A DNA stretch of 64,000 nt from Eledone cirrhosa (lineage: Eukaryota). The notes beneath the pieces are model-generated. The model saw only the letters and a program-made list of their open reading frames with translations, did no database searches and was not told where the DNA came from. The first letter of the stretch is position 1, and each line of letters opens with the position of its first letter. Of the stretch, positions 52,538-64,000 are shown one piece after another. Both the position numbers and the translations under genes were made by a program. The stretch is from NCBI GenBank assembly GCA_964016885.1, contig OZ024744.1, positions 69,440,001 through 69,504,000 of the forward strand, read 5' to 3'.

Positions 52538-55500
52538 TTTTCTTTATTAACCACAAGGGTTTACATAAAGTAGACATTAAGGACAGTACAGGACAATACA
52601 GGACAGTACAAATGGGCATTTCTGCGTGTAAAAAAAACAGAGGTTGAAATAAAATAACAAAGAAAAATTCCCCAATAAGGGGGAGACTTCCGAGGGACAT
52701 TTGTGGAGAAAGCCCATTAAAAGACCACAGTGGCCCTGACCACCAGGGCAAGTGCGCTCTCCCAGTTTTCCACCTTTAATTTACAGACACATACTCAGAG
52801 AAGGCCCATTTATTCGGGCCATACTTGCTTCTCTCACCCATCTTTCAACAAAATGCTGGGAAGAAAGCACTTCCCTCTCTACCCTGATTTTCCTTTTCAA
52901 ATGAAATTTGAAAAAGTTAATCAGGGCATCACCGAAGAGGTAAGTACTCGTCTTCAGCCCTTTCAAACGTGTCCACCATACTATCTCTTTCGCCATGGCC
53001 ACCAGACAGATAAAAACTGCCTGCCCTTCCCGGCTAAAGGAAGGGGGCGAGGCAATCCTCACGATGGACTCAGCTGATAGCTGGATCCGTCCTACACGTG
53101 ACAGCAGGTGTTCGACATAAACCCACAAGTCAGCAATGCTCGGACACTGGACGAGTGCGTGCAGGACGGTTTCGTCGCCTTGCGCGCATCTCGGACATGC
53201 CCGGCTGACGGCACCTCCATGCCTGTAGAGTTTATCCCGAACTGGCAAAGCTCCTCGGTAGCACTGCCAGGCCAGGGATTTCTGGAAGTTGTCCATAGGC
53301 CCCGGCCCGAAAGTCCTTCCGAAGAGATTGGCTAGTTGATTTTCGTCGACGCCTAGAGTTTCTCCAAGTACGTCGTCGCTCTTCCCCTCCACTAATCCCC
53401 TATAGAACGCCAAGGTGGAGTTTCCACCGATCACATTGCCCGATTGGTCTTGGGCTGTGAGCGCCTGAAGACATTCCAGTCTCCAAGCGCTCCCTCTCGG
53501 TCTTCGCTTGACCCAGGACTGCAGCTCCGTCAAGGAGACGAGCTGGTGAAAAACGTGTCTAGCAAACGGCGACCACACCTGATCACCGTCGAGGAAGAGG
53601 TGGAGATGTCGTAGCCTGAGCGCGTGTCTGCGCATCATCAGCCACGGCATGCCCAGCCCTCCACGTAGCGGGTGTTGACAGCAGATGGACCGCCTGACCA
53701 TCGGAGCGCGTCCCTTCCACAAGAAGCGAAAGAGCAAACGCTCCAGCGCAGTCAGGCGGGGCTTAGGACAAGGTACGACGGTCAGGCGGTAGTAGATGAC
53801 GGACGCGATGTACGCGTTAGCCACCTCCGCTCGACCTTTCAGGGATAGCTTCCTCTCCGCCCATTTCTGGGTGAGAGAAGCCACCCTGCTCGACACCTCG
53901 TCCCAGTTTTTGTCCGTCTGGAGGTCTGGACCGAACCAAACCCCTACCAATTTAACCGGTCCGTCCGTCCAGCGCCCGACGTCGCTGTTGGACGGCATGG
54001 ACCTGCCTCTCCAGGTGCCGAGCTGCAGGCCCACTGACTTTTCCTGGTTGATCATTGCTCCTGTCACCGCTTCGTATTCTCTTAGTGTAGTGCCGATCGC
54101 CTCGATGTGTTTGGCGTTCGACACCACTACGGTGACATCGTCGGCATATGCTGACACGGATCTTCCGCATCCTAGTTCGCGCGGGACCCCCCTCAACGTC
54201 TCCAGTTTGTGCAGTAATGGCTCGAGAGTCAATACGTACAATAGGGACGAGAGGGGACATCCTTGGCGGACCGAGCGCATGATGTTGAACGGTTCCGAAA
54301 GGTGACCGTTCACTCTCACTACAGAGCAGATGTTACTGTGCATGGCAGCGATCCAGCCTCTGAAGACGGGCCCAAAGCCAGCCGCCCTCAGGACTGCCGC
54401 TAGGTAACGATGGTCGACCCTATCGAAGGCTTTCGACTGATCTAAATTGATCAAAGACCCACCCGTACCAGGTTCCCTAGCTACCCTCTCTACGATGTAT
54501 CGCATGAGGTGGAGGTTGTCGTGGATGGATCTGTCGGGAATGGCGCATGTCTGTGCCTCTCCCACTAGACCACCAACGACAAGCGCCAACGTCTTTGCTA
54601 GCACCTTGGCCAAAATCTTGAACTCTGTGTTTAGCAGAGTTATGGGCCTAAAATTATCTATATTATCCCCCTTGTTCGGATCCTTTCTCAGCAACGCCAC
54701 CGCTCCTCGGCTCACAGAGCTGGGAATTCTCCCGTTCTGTTGCCAGTTGCAGTAGACGTCCGCCAAGAGGCCTCCGAACAAGTTTGGCATTTGTACGTAA
54801 AGTTCATAGGGCAGACCATCCAAACCAGACGATTTACCCCTTGTGCAACTAGTCATTGCATCCCGTACTTCAGCGGTTGTTATCGGCTTTTCGCAACACT
54901 CCGCCTCAGTGGCCGAAACCGCGGCAGTCCGTCGAGGTAGACACTAAAGTCCATCCCTCGATCCGGCCCGCCACTGCCCCCGAACAGTTGAGCGAAGTGT
55001 CGCTGAAAAGCTTCACACATTTGCCCGGGATCGAGTAGCATGCGCCCGTCGTGGTCCATCAAAGACCGGATCGTGGCTTTGTTGCCACGACGCGCCTCCG
55101 CCACTCGGGCCCATTGAACGGCTTTCGTCCCCTCGTGTCTGAGAGCACGCACCCTAGCTCTGACAACGCAGCCTTCGTGCTTTGCATTGAAGAATTGGTC
55201 AAGGGCCAATTTCGCCGCAAGTACGTCGGTCGCGATGCCTTTGCTAAGCGCCTCATCTAATTTTCTAACTAATTCTCCCTCTGCTCTATTTTTCTCTATT
55301 GCTAAAGTCTTACTAAACCTAATGGACTCTATTCTAATTGCTCTTTTCAGAGCAAACCACCACTTGTTGTTGACGATGGCCCCCGTCAACGCCCGCTTAA
55401 CTAGTTCGCTAATCTGGTCTCTGTAGGCCTTGCGCGCTGGTAAGGACGCGTTTAGCTTCCAGTAGCCGGGTCCTCGTCTATGAAGCCTATCTAAGTGAAG

Positions 55501-57462
55501 CTCACACATCACGAATTTGTGGTCCGTGTAGCTGACTATCTTGAATTGTGGACAGCCTATGCTAGATCTATCTATTTCCCTACAAAATAGTCTATCTAGA
55601 TATGATCTGGATGACCCTATGCGATTTGTCCAAGTCCACATTGGTACATTCGGGAAATCCAATCGGTACCTGTCAGACAGTTCAAACCGCCTGAGCAGGT
55701 TGGTGAGGCTCTTGCACCCTCCTCCCCTATCCGCTGATCCCACACAGTCCCAGCGTGCATCTAAGATCTCGTTCCAGTCGCCCACTAACACTAAAGAGCG
55801 GGACGTTCCAAGAAAGGTCTCCAGACGCCGGAAGAAAACAGGCCACCCTGCTCTTATCGGCGCATAGACGGCTACTAGCCTGAAAGCTTGCCCGTCTCCG
55901 CTGTTCACGTCTAGCACCACCAACTTACCTTCTGTGTCCCGGAAGATGGCCCGTATGGCGAGATCCAAACCTCTCCGAAAAATCACAGCAACTCCTCCCC
56001 CGATCCCGGACGGCTGGGAGATGCGTACACATCGTAGCCGCCGAAGATCGGTGCGAAGGCCCGTGCTTCGGAGATTCTGGTCTTGCTGATGGCCACTACA
56101 TCTATGTTTAATGACCTGAGGTCGTTGAGTAGGTGGCCCTGCTTCCATGACGACCCCAAGCCACGCGCATTTATGCTGCCTATTCTGAGTGAGGTCATGT
56201 TGAAATGGAGTGGAAAAGATGGGAAAGACCACTTACCTTACTTCTCGTAAAGGAAGGATGATTTGTCCATCCTTTTCACTGCTTGTGGCCTCCTCCGGAA
56301 GGATGTCCTTATAAATCCTCCTGGAGAGTGCTTGTCGGAAGTCTCCGATGTCTTTGGGAAATTTTTGTTTTAGTGTCGTGTACGTTTTCTGTGTGATGCG
56401 AGTGATTTGTATGTGTGGAGGAGGTGTGAACTTTTGGGTTGTTGTGTAGTATTTTTCTGTGATGCTGGTGTTGTGTTGCATGTAGTGTAATAATTAACAG
56501 CCATTAGCCAGGGAATGTCGATGGCCGGTGGATCGTGGGTCACCTGATCTTCACAAGTCTCTGGCCACAATAGCTTGGGACGAGTGTGAAGTCGTCACTT
56601 CTTAATGGGGCCATTGAGTGTTCTCTGGCCTCCTGTGGTGTTTCAAAGAAAACGTCCACGGTTCCATATTTCTTCCCAAGTTTGATGTGGGGTATTTTTG
56701 CCCACACATGTCCCAAAGCTTTTTGGATTTGGGACTCGGATGACCGTTCCACTCTGCGCGATTCTATGTTAATTGTCCGATAAGACACGTTGCACAGGCG
56801 CCGATGCTCCATTTTATTAGGAGGGATGGGGGGAGGGGGAGGCTGACCCTGTACCCATCTTTCTTTACCATTCCTTTGGCTTCTTCTATTTCCTCCTTAG
56901 TTACCTGGATCGCTTCGCACGTTTTTGCTACTCTGGCAAAACTCAGGGTAGTTTTCTTAATTTCATCGTTGCTGTTGTTGTTATCGTTATTTTTGTTATT
57001 GTTAATTTTAGTTTCAGCTGTGGTGGTGGTGGCGTCAGTGTTGTTCGGTGTGGAAGAGTTCATTTTGGTTGAATTCATTTCGATATCTCGAGTTAATTTA
57101 TTTTTTCTTTGTTTCTGTTGTCGCTGTGGTTGTGTGGCGTTGGCGGCTTTAACACCTGCAGTCATTGGTAATGGCGGGAAATAGTGTTGGCAAACGTAGT
57201 AATATTTACAATGGTGGTGTCGGTGTGAGGTGTTAGTTTGTGAGGAAGGCTCTGAGCTACTGAGTCGGCCATGATTTTTCAAAGAAAGTTTTTTTTTCGT
57301 TTGATAATTATAATAAGTTTAAATTTTGCGCTCAAGGTTCCAATCTTTTTGAGTGTCCTTTTCAGAAATCAATGTATGTGCACTTAAATAGCAATTTTAA
57401 ACAACTGAAAATAACAAACCTTTGCGGAGCTCACGATGATACGATTTACTACGTAGGTCGCC
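52537..57462 (-). mobile_element. Tx1-like LINE copy B; ORF2 56198-52781 (frameshifted), ORF1 internally deleted
   Basis: MTSLRIGSINARGL, GDWN, YTDH, VRQGCPLS, YADD, CPRC..ETVLHALVQC; 5' end GGCGACCTACGTAG after (TTA)n; AATAAA plus (ATT)n at the 3' end; ORF1 lacks the zinc knuckle. Confidence 0.9.
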
Positions 57463-57498
57463 AATAATAATAATAATAATAATGATAATAATAATAAT

Positions 57499-60400
57499 GA
57501 TTTCTTTATTGGCCACAAGGGCTGACATCAAAAAAAACATTACAGACGGTAGAGGACGGTACAGGGCGGTAAGATGTGGGTTTTGTGCGTGTAAATATTT
57601 TTATTATTTATATAAGAAAAGAAAAAAAAGGACATAGAAACATATATATAAACAATAAAAATGAAAATTGAAACAATGAAAAATTCCCCAATAGGGGAGA
57701 AACCTCCGAGGGTTACTCGTGGCGAAAACCACACAAAAGACCACGGCCACCCTGACCACCAGGGCAAGCGCCCTCTCTCAATGTTTCCATCTCTCAAACT
57801 ACAGACGTATATTCAGAGTGGTCCCGTTCACTCGGACCATTCTCGCTACATTCACCCACATTTCAACAAACTTGCTAGAAAGCAGCACTTGCCTCTCCAC
57901 CCTGATTTTCCTCTTCAAGTGAAACTTGAAAAAGTTATTTAGGGATTCGCCGAAGAGGAAAGTGTCTGTCTTTAACCCTTTTAACCTTGTCCACCACAAT
58001 CTCTTTCGCCATGGCCACCAGGCAGATGAAAACCGCCTGCCCTTCCTCTTCGAAGGAAGACGGTGGGACCATCTGCACAATGGACTCAGTTGACAACCGG
58101 ATCAGTCCCACACGCGACAGCAACTGTTCGACATAGCTCCACAAGTCAGCAATGCTCGGGCACTGAACGAGTACGTGCACGACGGTTTCGTCGCTCTGCG
58201 CGCACCTCGGACAGGCTCGGCTGACGGCACTTCCATGCCTGTAGAGCTTATCTCGCACCGGCAACGCTCCCCGGTAGCACTGCCAGGCCAGTGATTTTTG
58301 GAAGTTATCCATAGGCCCCGAGCTGAAATTCTCCGGAAGAGAGCAAACCGCTGATCTTCTTCGACGCCCAGGATCTCTCCGAGAACGTCGTCGCTCTTCC
58401 CCTCCACTATTCCTCTATAGAACGCCGAGGTGGATGTTCCACCGATACTGGTGCCATGTTGGCAGAGGGCAGTGAGCGCCTGGAGACATTCCAGTTTCCA
58501 AGCGCTATCTCTCGGTCTTTTCGTGAGCCAGGACTGCAGCTCCGTCAAGGAGACGACCTGTGGGAAAACGTGCCTGGCGAACGGCGACCCCACATGTTCG
58601 CCATCAAGGAAGCACCAGAGATGTCGCAGCCTCAGCGCATGTTTGCACATCATCAGCCATGGCATGCCCAGTCCTCCACGCAACGGGTGTTGACAGCAGA
58701 TGGATCGTCTCACCATGGGAGCGCGTCCCTTCCACAAAAAGTGGAAGAGGAGGCGCTCCATTTTGGTGAGAGTAGGGCTGGAGCAAGGGACGACGGTGAG
58801 GCGGTAGCAGATGACGGATGCGATGTACGCATTCGCCACCTCCGCCCAGCCTTGCAGGAACAGCTTCTTCTCGGCCCATTTCTGGGTGAGGGAGGCCACT
58901 CTGCTCGTCACCTCGTTCCAGTTTGTCTCCATCTGGAGGTCCGGTCCGAACCAGACCCCGAGTAATTTAACCGATCCGTACGTCCAACCCCCCACGACGC
59001 TGTCGGACGGCATGGACTTGCCTCTCCAAGTGCCGAGTTGCAAGCCCACCGACTTTTCCTGGTTTATCTTTGTTCCTGTCACCGCTTCGTATTCCCTGAG
59101 AGCGGTTCCAAGCATCTGGATGTGTCTTGTGCTCGACACCATAACTGTGACGTCGTCGGCGAAAGCCGATTCGGATTTCCCGCATCCTAGTTCGCGTGGG
59201 ACGCCCCTCATCGCCCCCAGTTTGTGCAGTAACGGCTCGAGAGCCAATACGTACAAGAGGGACGAGAGAGGACAACCCTGGCGGACTGAGCGCATGATGC
59301 TGAACGGCTGCGACAGGTAACCGTTCACCCTCACAACTGAGCAGATGTCGCCGTACATCGCAGTGATTCAACCCCTGAAAACGGCCCCGAAACCGGCTGC
59401 CTCGAGGACCGCCGCCAGGTACTAATGCTCGACCCTATTGAATGCTTTGGATTGATCCAAGTTGATCAGGGCCCCACTCGTGCCAGGTTCCTTAACCACC
59501 CTCTCTATGATGTATCGCATGAGGTGGACGACAAGCGCCAACCTCGTTGCTAACATCATGGTCTAAATCTTGAACTCTGCGTTTAGCAGGGTTATGGGCC
59601 TGAAGTTATCGATAACATCCCCCTTGTTCGGGTCTTTTCTCAGCATCGCCACCGCTCCTCGGCTCACAAAACTAGGAATGCTCCCGTTCTGCTGCCAGTT
59701 GCAGTAGACGTCTGTCAAGAGGTCACCGAACAAGTCTGGCATAAATGCATAAAGCTCGTAGGGAAGACCATCCAAACCTGGCGATTTACCTCTAGTGCAG
59801 TTAGCCATCGCTTCCCGTATATCACCGGCTGTTATTGGTTTTTCGCAACACTGTGCTGCGATCGTTGAGAGCCGAGGCAGTCCATCGAGGTATGCACTGA
59901 AGTCCATATCCCGATCCAGCCCGCCGCTGCTCCCGAACAGTTCAGCAAAGTGCTGTTGAAAAGCCTCACACATCTGCTCGGGTTCGAGAAACACGCACCC
60001 GTTTTGGTCAGAAAAAGACCGAATTGTGGCTTTGTTGCCACGTCGTGCCTCTGCCACCCGGGCCCATTGGACGGCTTTTGTCCCCTCGTGTTTCAGAGCA
60101 CGCGCTCTAGCTCTGACAACGCAGATTTCGTGTTTTGCGTTGAAGAATTGGTCGAGTGCCAATCTCGCCGCAAGCACGTCGGTTGCGATGCCTGTCGAAA
60201 ACGCCTCTTCTAGATTTCTGACTAACTCCTGCTCTACTCTATTTTCCTCTATCACTATTCCTTTGCTAAACCTTATCGATTCTACTCTAATAACCCTTTT
60301 CAGGGTAAACCACCACCTGATGTTGACGATCGCACCCGTCAACGCACGCTTTAGTAATTCGCTAATCCGGTCTCTGTAAGCTTTGCGCGCTGGGAACGAC

Positions 60401-62787
60401 ACGTTCAGCTTCCAGTAGCCGGGCGCTTGCCTATGGAGTCTATCTAAGTCAACTTCACAGATCACAAATTTGTGGTCGGTGTAGTCGACTACTTTAAATT
60501 GTGGACAACGTACACTAGCCTTTATTTGTTTGCCTACAGAATACCCTATCTAAATACGATGTGGATGACCCGATACGGTTTGTCTATGTCCACATTGGTA
60601 CATTCGGATAATCCAGTCTATACCTGTTAGACAATTCAAAACGTCTGAGCAGGCTGTTGAGGCTTGTATACCCTCCTGCTCTGTCTACTAGCCCCACATA
60701 ATCCCGGCGTGCATCTAAGATGCCGTTCCAGTTGCCCACTAACACTAAACAACGGGAGTTCCAAGAAAGGCCTCAAGACTTCTGAAGAAATCTGGCCGTC
60801 CTGCTCCTGTAGACGGCTACTAGCCTGAAAGCATTGCTTTCGCTGCCGGTCACGTCCAGCACCACCGACGTACCTTCTGGATCCAGGAAGATGGCCCTTA
60901 TGGCGAGATACAAGCCCCTCCGAAAAAACACGGCAACCCCCCCCCTCCGATCTTGGGCGGCTGGGAGATGGGTATACATCATAGCCGCCGAAGATCGATG
61001 CGATGGCTCGTGCTTCGGAGATTCTGGTCTCGCTGATGGCTACCACATCTAGGTTTAGTGACCTGAGCTCATTGAGCAGGTGACCCTGCTTCCAAGATGA
61101 CCCCAGGCCACGTTCATTTATATTGCCTATTCTAAGTACCGCCATGTTGGATGAGAAACGGGGTAAGTGAGAAAGGAACACTTACCTTGATCGTGTGGTG
61201 AAGGGACAGTAGAACCGCCCCTTTGGCTGGTCATGGGTTTTTCCAAGAGGATGTCGGTATATATCCTCGTGGTAACTGACCCTCTGAAGTCTCCAACTGC
61301 GTTGGAGAATTTTTCTTTTAACAGCTTCTATTTTGATTTCGATTATGTTTACGTTTTTCGGGAGAGTTCTTGGTGTTGGTGGGGTGTAGTAGTTTTTTTC
61401 TGTGATGACTGTGAGCTGCTTTATATGTTGTAAGAGTTCTTTATTTGCCATGTTTATGGCTGTGTACTTTTTGGGGGGAGGGGTGACTTTGGTGCTGTTA
61501 GATGTGTGTGTTTTACTGTGTTTGCGACGTTGGTGTTTTTGGTGATGCTGGTGGTGGTGTGGTTGTTGTTGGTGGTGATGCTTGTGGTGGTTATGGTGAT
61601 GGTGATGGTGTTGCTGCAAGTCTCCTTGCAGCCTTTCCCCTCTTTGTTTGCCTTCGCTTTTGGAGGGTGAAGCTAAGGGGTTTTTCCTTTTTTGTTTTTG
61701 TGGCAGACCCTTTGCAATTCCCTCCCGCCTCATACTCTATTTCGGATTCCGTGGAGTCAGGGAAGGGTATGAGCACTTTAGTTGTCCGTGGCCTTGGTAT
61801 GAGTGCCACGGACGTTGCCCTCCTACTCACCATGGAAGGGTCTTCTGCCTCTGTTGCCTGCCCTGCTCTTGGTAGCAGCGGATCGGGCGTCGGTAGCAGG
61901 GTAGGTGGGTCGGTGGGGGGTCTCTTTTGGCCCTCTTCTGCGGGCAGAAAGCCCTGAGGTGACCCTTCTGCCCACAGAGATAGCACTTTGGGCGCCTTCC
62001 TTCCACGCTTATAGGGAGTTGGAGTCCTTCTTCGAGGTCTTTGATGTCTGGGATGGCCTCAATGCACTCCTGGTCAGTCTGTATTAGCATTTGCATGCTT
62101 ATTCCTGACCAGTTCTCTTTTCCCATTCTCTGTATTTGCAGTATGGTTGTCTTCTCGATTCCAGCCAGTATAGACGCGGCTAGCCAAGGTATGGGCACGT
62201 CGGGCGGCACCTGGGTCACTTTGACCATGATAATTTTCTGCCTGCAGTAGGGGGGCACCAAGACTATCTCCTCACTCTTTAGGGTTTCCAAAGAGTGAGA
62301 CTTCGCCTCATGGAGGGTGGCGAAAAGTACGTCTACTGTGGCGTACCTTTTACCTCGGGTAATGTGGGTTTTGAACGCCCAGACGCACCCCATGGCCTTT
62401 TGGATTTGAACCTCCGTGGCTCTTTCCACCCGATGTGAGATTTTGTTTACGGTGCGTTAAGTCACCGTGCGCAACTGCTGATCTTTGAAGAAATCGGGTG
62501 CGGGTTTCAGGGAAACTCTATTGTCGTTTCTTAACACCATGGCTCCTGCGACTGCCATCTCCTCCTCCGTGACTGACACTGTCTCTATATTTCGGGCCAC
62601 ACCTGCGAAAGAAGTGGCTCCTTTTTCAGCGGCACCATTATTGCTGCCGCTACTGCTTGTTGTTGGAGCTGTTGCTGTTGCTACTGTTACAAACGGTGTT
62701 GTTGCTGTTGTTGCTGTTATCACTGTTGTAGTCAGTTGTGTTTTTGGTGCCACCGTTGTTGTTGTTTTCGGTGCTTAGTAGAGATTA
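57499..62787 (-). mobile_element. Tx1-like LINE copy C; ORF2 61145-57799 and ORF1 ~62780-61182, degraded, 5' end lost at the palindromic element
   Basis: MAVLRIGNINERGL, GYWKLN, VRQGCPLS, FADD; ORF1 knuckle CYLCGQKGHLRAFC; ~63-bp deletion near 59527 relative to copy B. Confidence 0.9.
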
Positions 62788-62807
62788 TACTCAGCAGGGT
62801 ATTTTTG

Positions 62808-62867
62808 TTTATAAAGTTCTGATGATTCCTGCCCCATGGTATGGATGAAACATTGTCAGCAAATAAA
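62808..62867 (+). ncRNA. Type I hammerhead motif
   Basis: gtt-CTGATGA-ttcctgccccatggtatggat-GAAA-cattg-TC-agc; GUC cleavage triplet; stem I extended by tttat/ataaa. Confidence 0.8.
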
Positions 62868-63006
62868 AATTGTATGAGTATGTAGGCGTTCTTTGATTTC
62901 TTTTACATATAACGGCTCTGTTCTTGTACATTGAGCTAATACAATACTGTCACAAACACGACACGGTGCAGGTGCGTTTATGCACATACGCTCCGTTGTC
63001 TACGTA

Positions 63007-63094
<88 letters not shown>

Positions 63095-63700
63095 GAGGTT
63101 ATATTTAATTTGTTGGGATACAACAAGCTAAATATTTTTATAACTGATATAAAGCACTCAATAGATTATTGGAGTAAATATATAATATATTAACAAATGG
63201 AAACTATATTTATAAAACCATATTTATTTCATTATACATATTTCAAAGGCCACCAGAGCAAACTATGGTGCGCTTTCAACAGATAAAATATATTATAGGT
63301 TAGTTTTATAAATAAATATTGACATAACCTTAAAAAATGCAACCATTCTGGTTGTATTCTCCTGGATTCAAACCAGAATGGTTGCATTTTTTAAGAGTAT
63401 GCCAATATTTATTTATAAAACTAACCTATATTATATTTTATCTGTTGAAAGCGCACCATAGTTTGTCTGGTGGCCTTTGAAATATGTATAATGAAATAAA
63501 TATGGTTTTATAAATATAGTTTGCATTTGTTAATATATTATATATATATATATATAATATTTACGTAGACAACGGAGCGTATGTGCATAAACGCACCTGC
63601 ACCGTGTTGTGTTTGTGACAGTATTGTATTAGCTCAATGTACAAGAACAGAGCCGTTATATGTAAAAGAAATCAAAGAACGCCTACATACTCATACAATT

Positions 63701-63760
63701 TTTATTTGCTGACAATGTTTCATCCATACCATGGGGCAGGAATCATCAGAGCTTTATAAA
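63701..63760 (-). ncRNA. Type I hammerhead motif
   Basis: gct-CTGATGA-ttcctgccccatggtatggat-GAAA-cattg-TC-agc; stem I gct/agc is perfect. Confidence 0.82.
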
Positions 63761-64000
63761 CAAAAATACCCTGCTGAGTAAAAGCACTACCAAGCTTAGT
63801 CACATGAACATTAGATATACAGTACAGGATAATAAGAGGGAGATCGGAAATGGAAAGGATGGAGAGAATGCGTAATGGGGATTGTTATTCAACATTACAG
63901 CTACATATGAGGATATAGGCAGATTTTCTCACAAGAGGCGGAAGCATGTGAGGGCACACAGAAACAAATAAAGCATTCAACGATAGTTAAAATATAATAT

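Larger units (their letters stand above)
62788..63780. mobile_element. ~1-kb palindromic element with inward-facing hammerheads
   Basis: Outer arms 62788-63010/63557-63780 and inner arms ~63180-63352/63370-63542 are reverse complements; (TA)n between them. Confidence 0.85.

Overview
Repeat-saturated eukaryotic DNA. Long (TA)n/(TG)n/(TATG)n tracts and the SINE types suggest an invertebrate, probably an octopod cephalopod (inference). No host gene is supportable. Three layers stand out. (1) 31.7-62.8 kb is an uninterrupted ~31 kb array of six non-LTR retrotransposons joined by (AAT)n tracts: three Tx1-like APE-RT elements on the minus strand with (ATT)n tails and three R4/Dong-like RT-RLE elements on the plus strand with (AAT)n tails, one with an intact 1130-aa ORF. 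(2) 6.5-17.8 kb is an older, decayed cluster built on (TATG)n, with an RTE element (plus) and R4-like elements (minus), plus CRE-like and Penelope-like fragments. (3) Ten type I hammerhead ribozyme motifs from about seven unrelated families lie mostly in the arms of small inverted-repeat elements next to (TA)n tracts, consistent with Penelope-like pseudo-LTR or retrozyme-type mini-elements. All motif calls and RNA folds were made by eye; element boundaries inside microsatellites are approximate.
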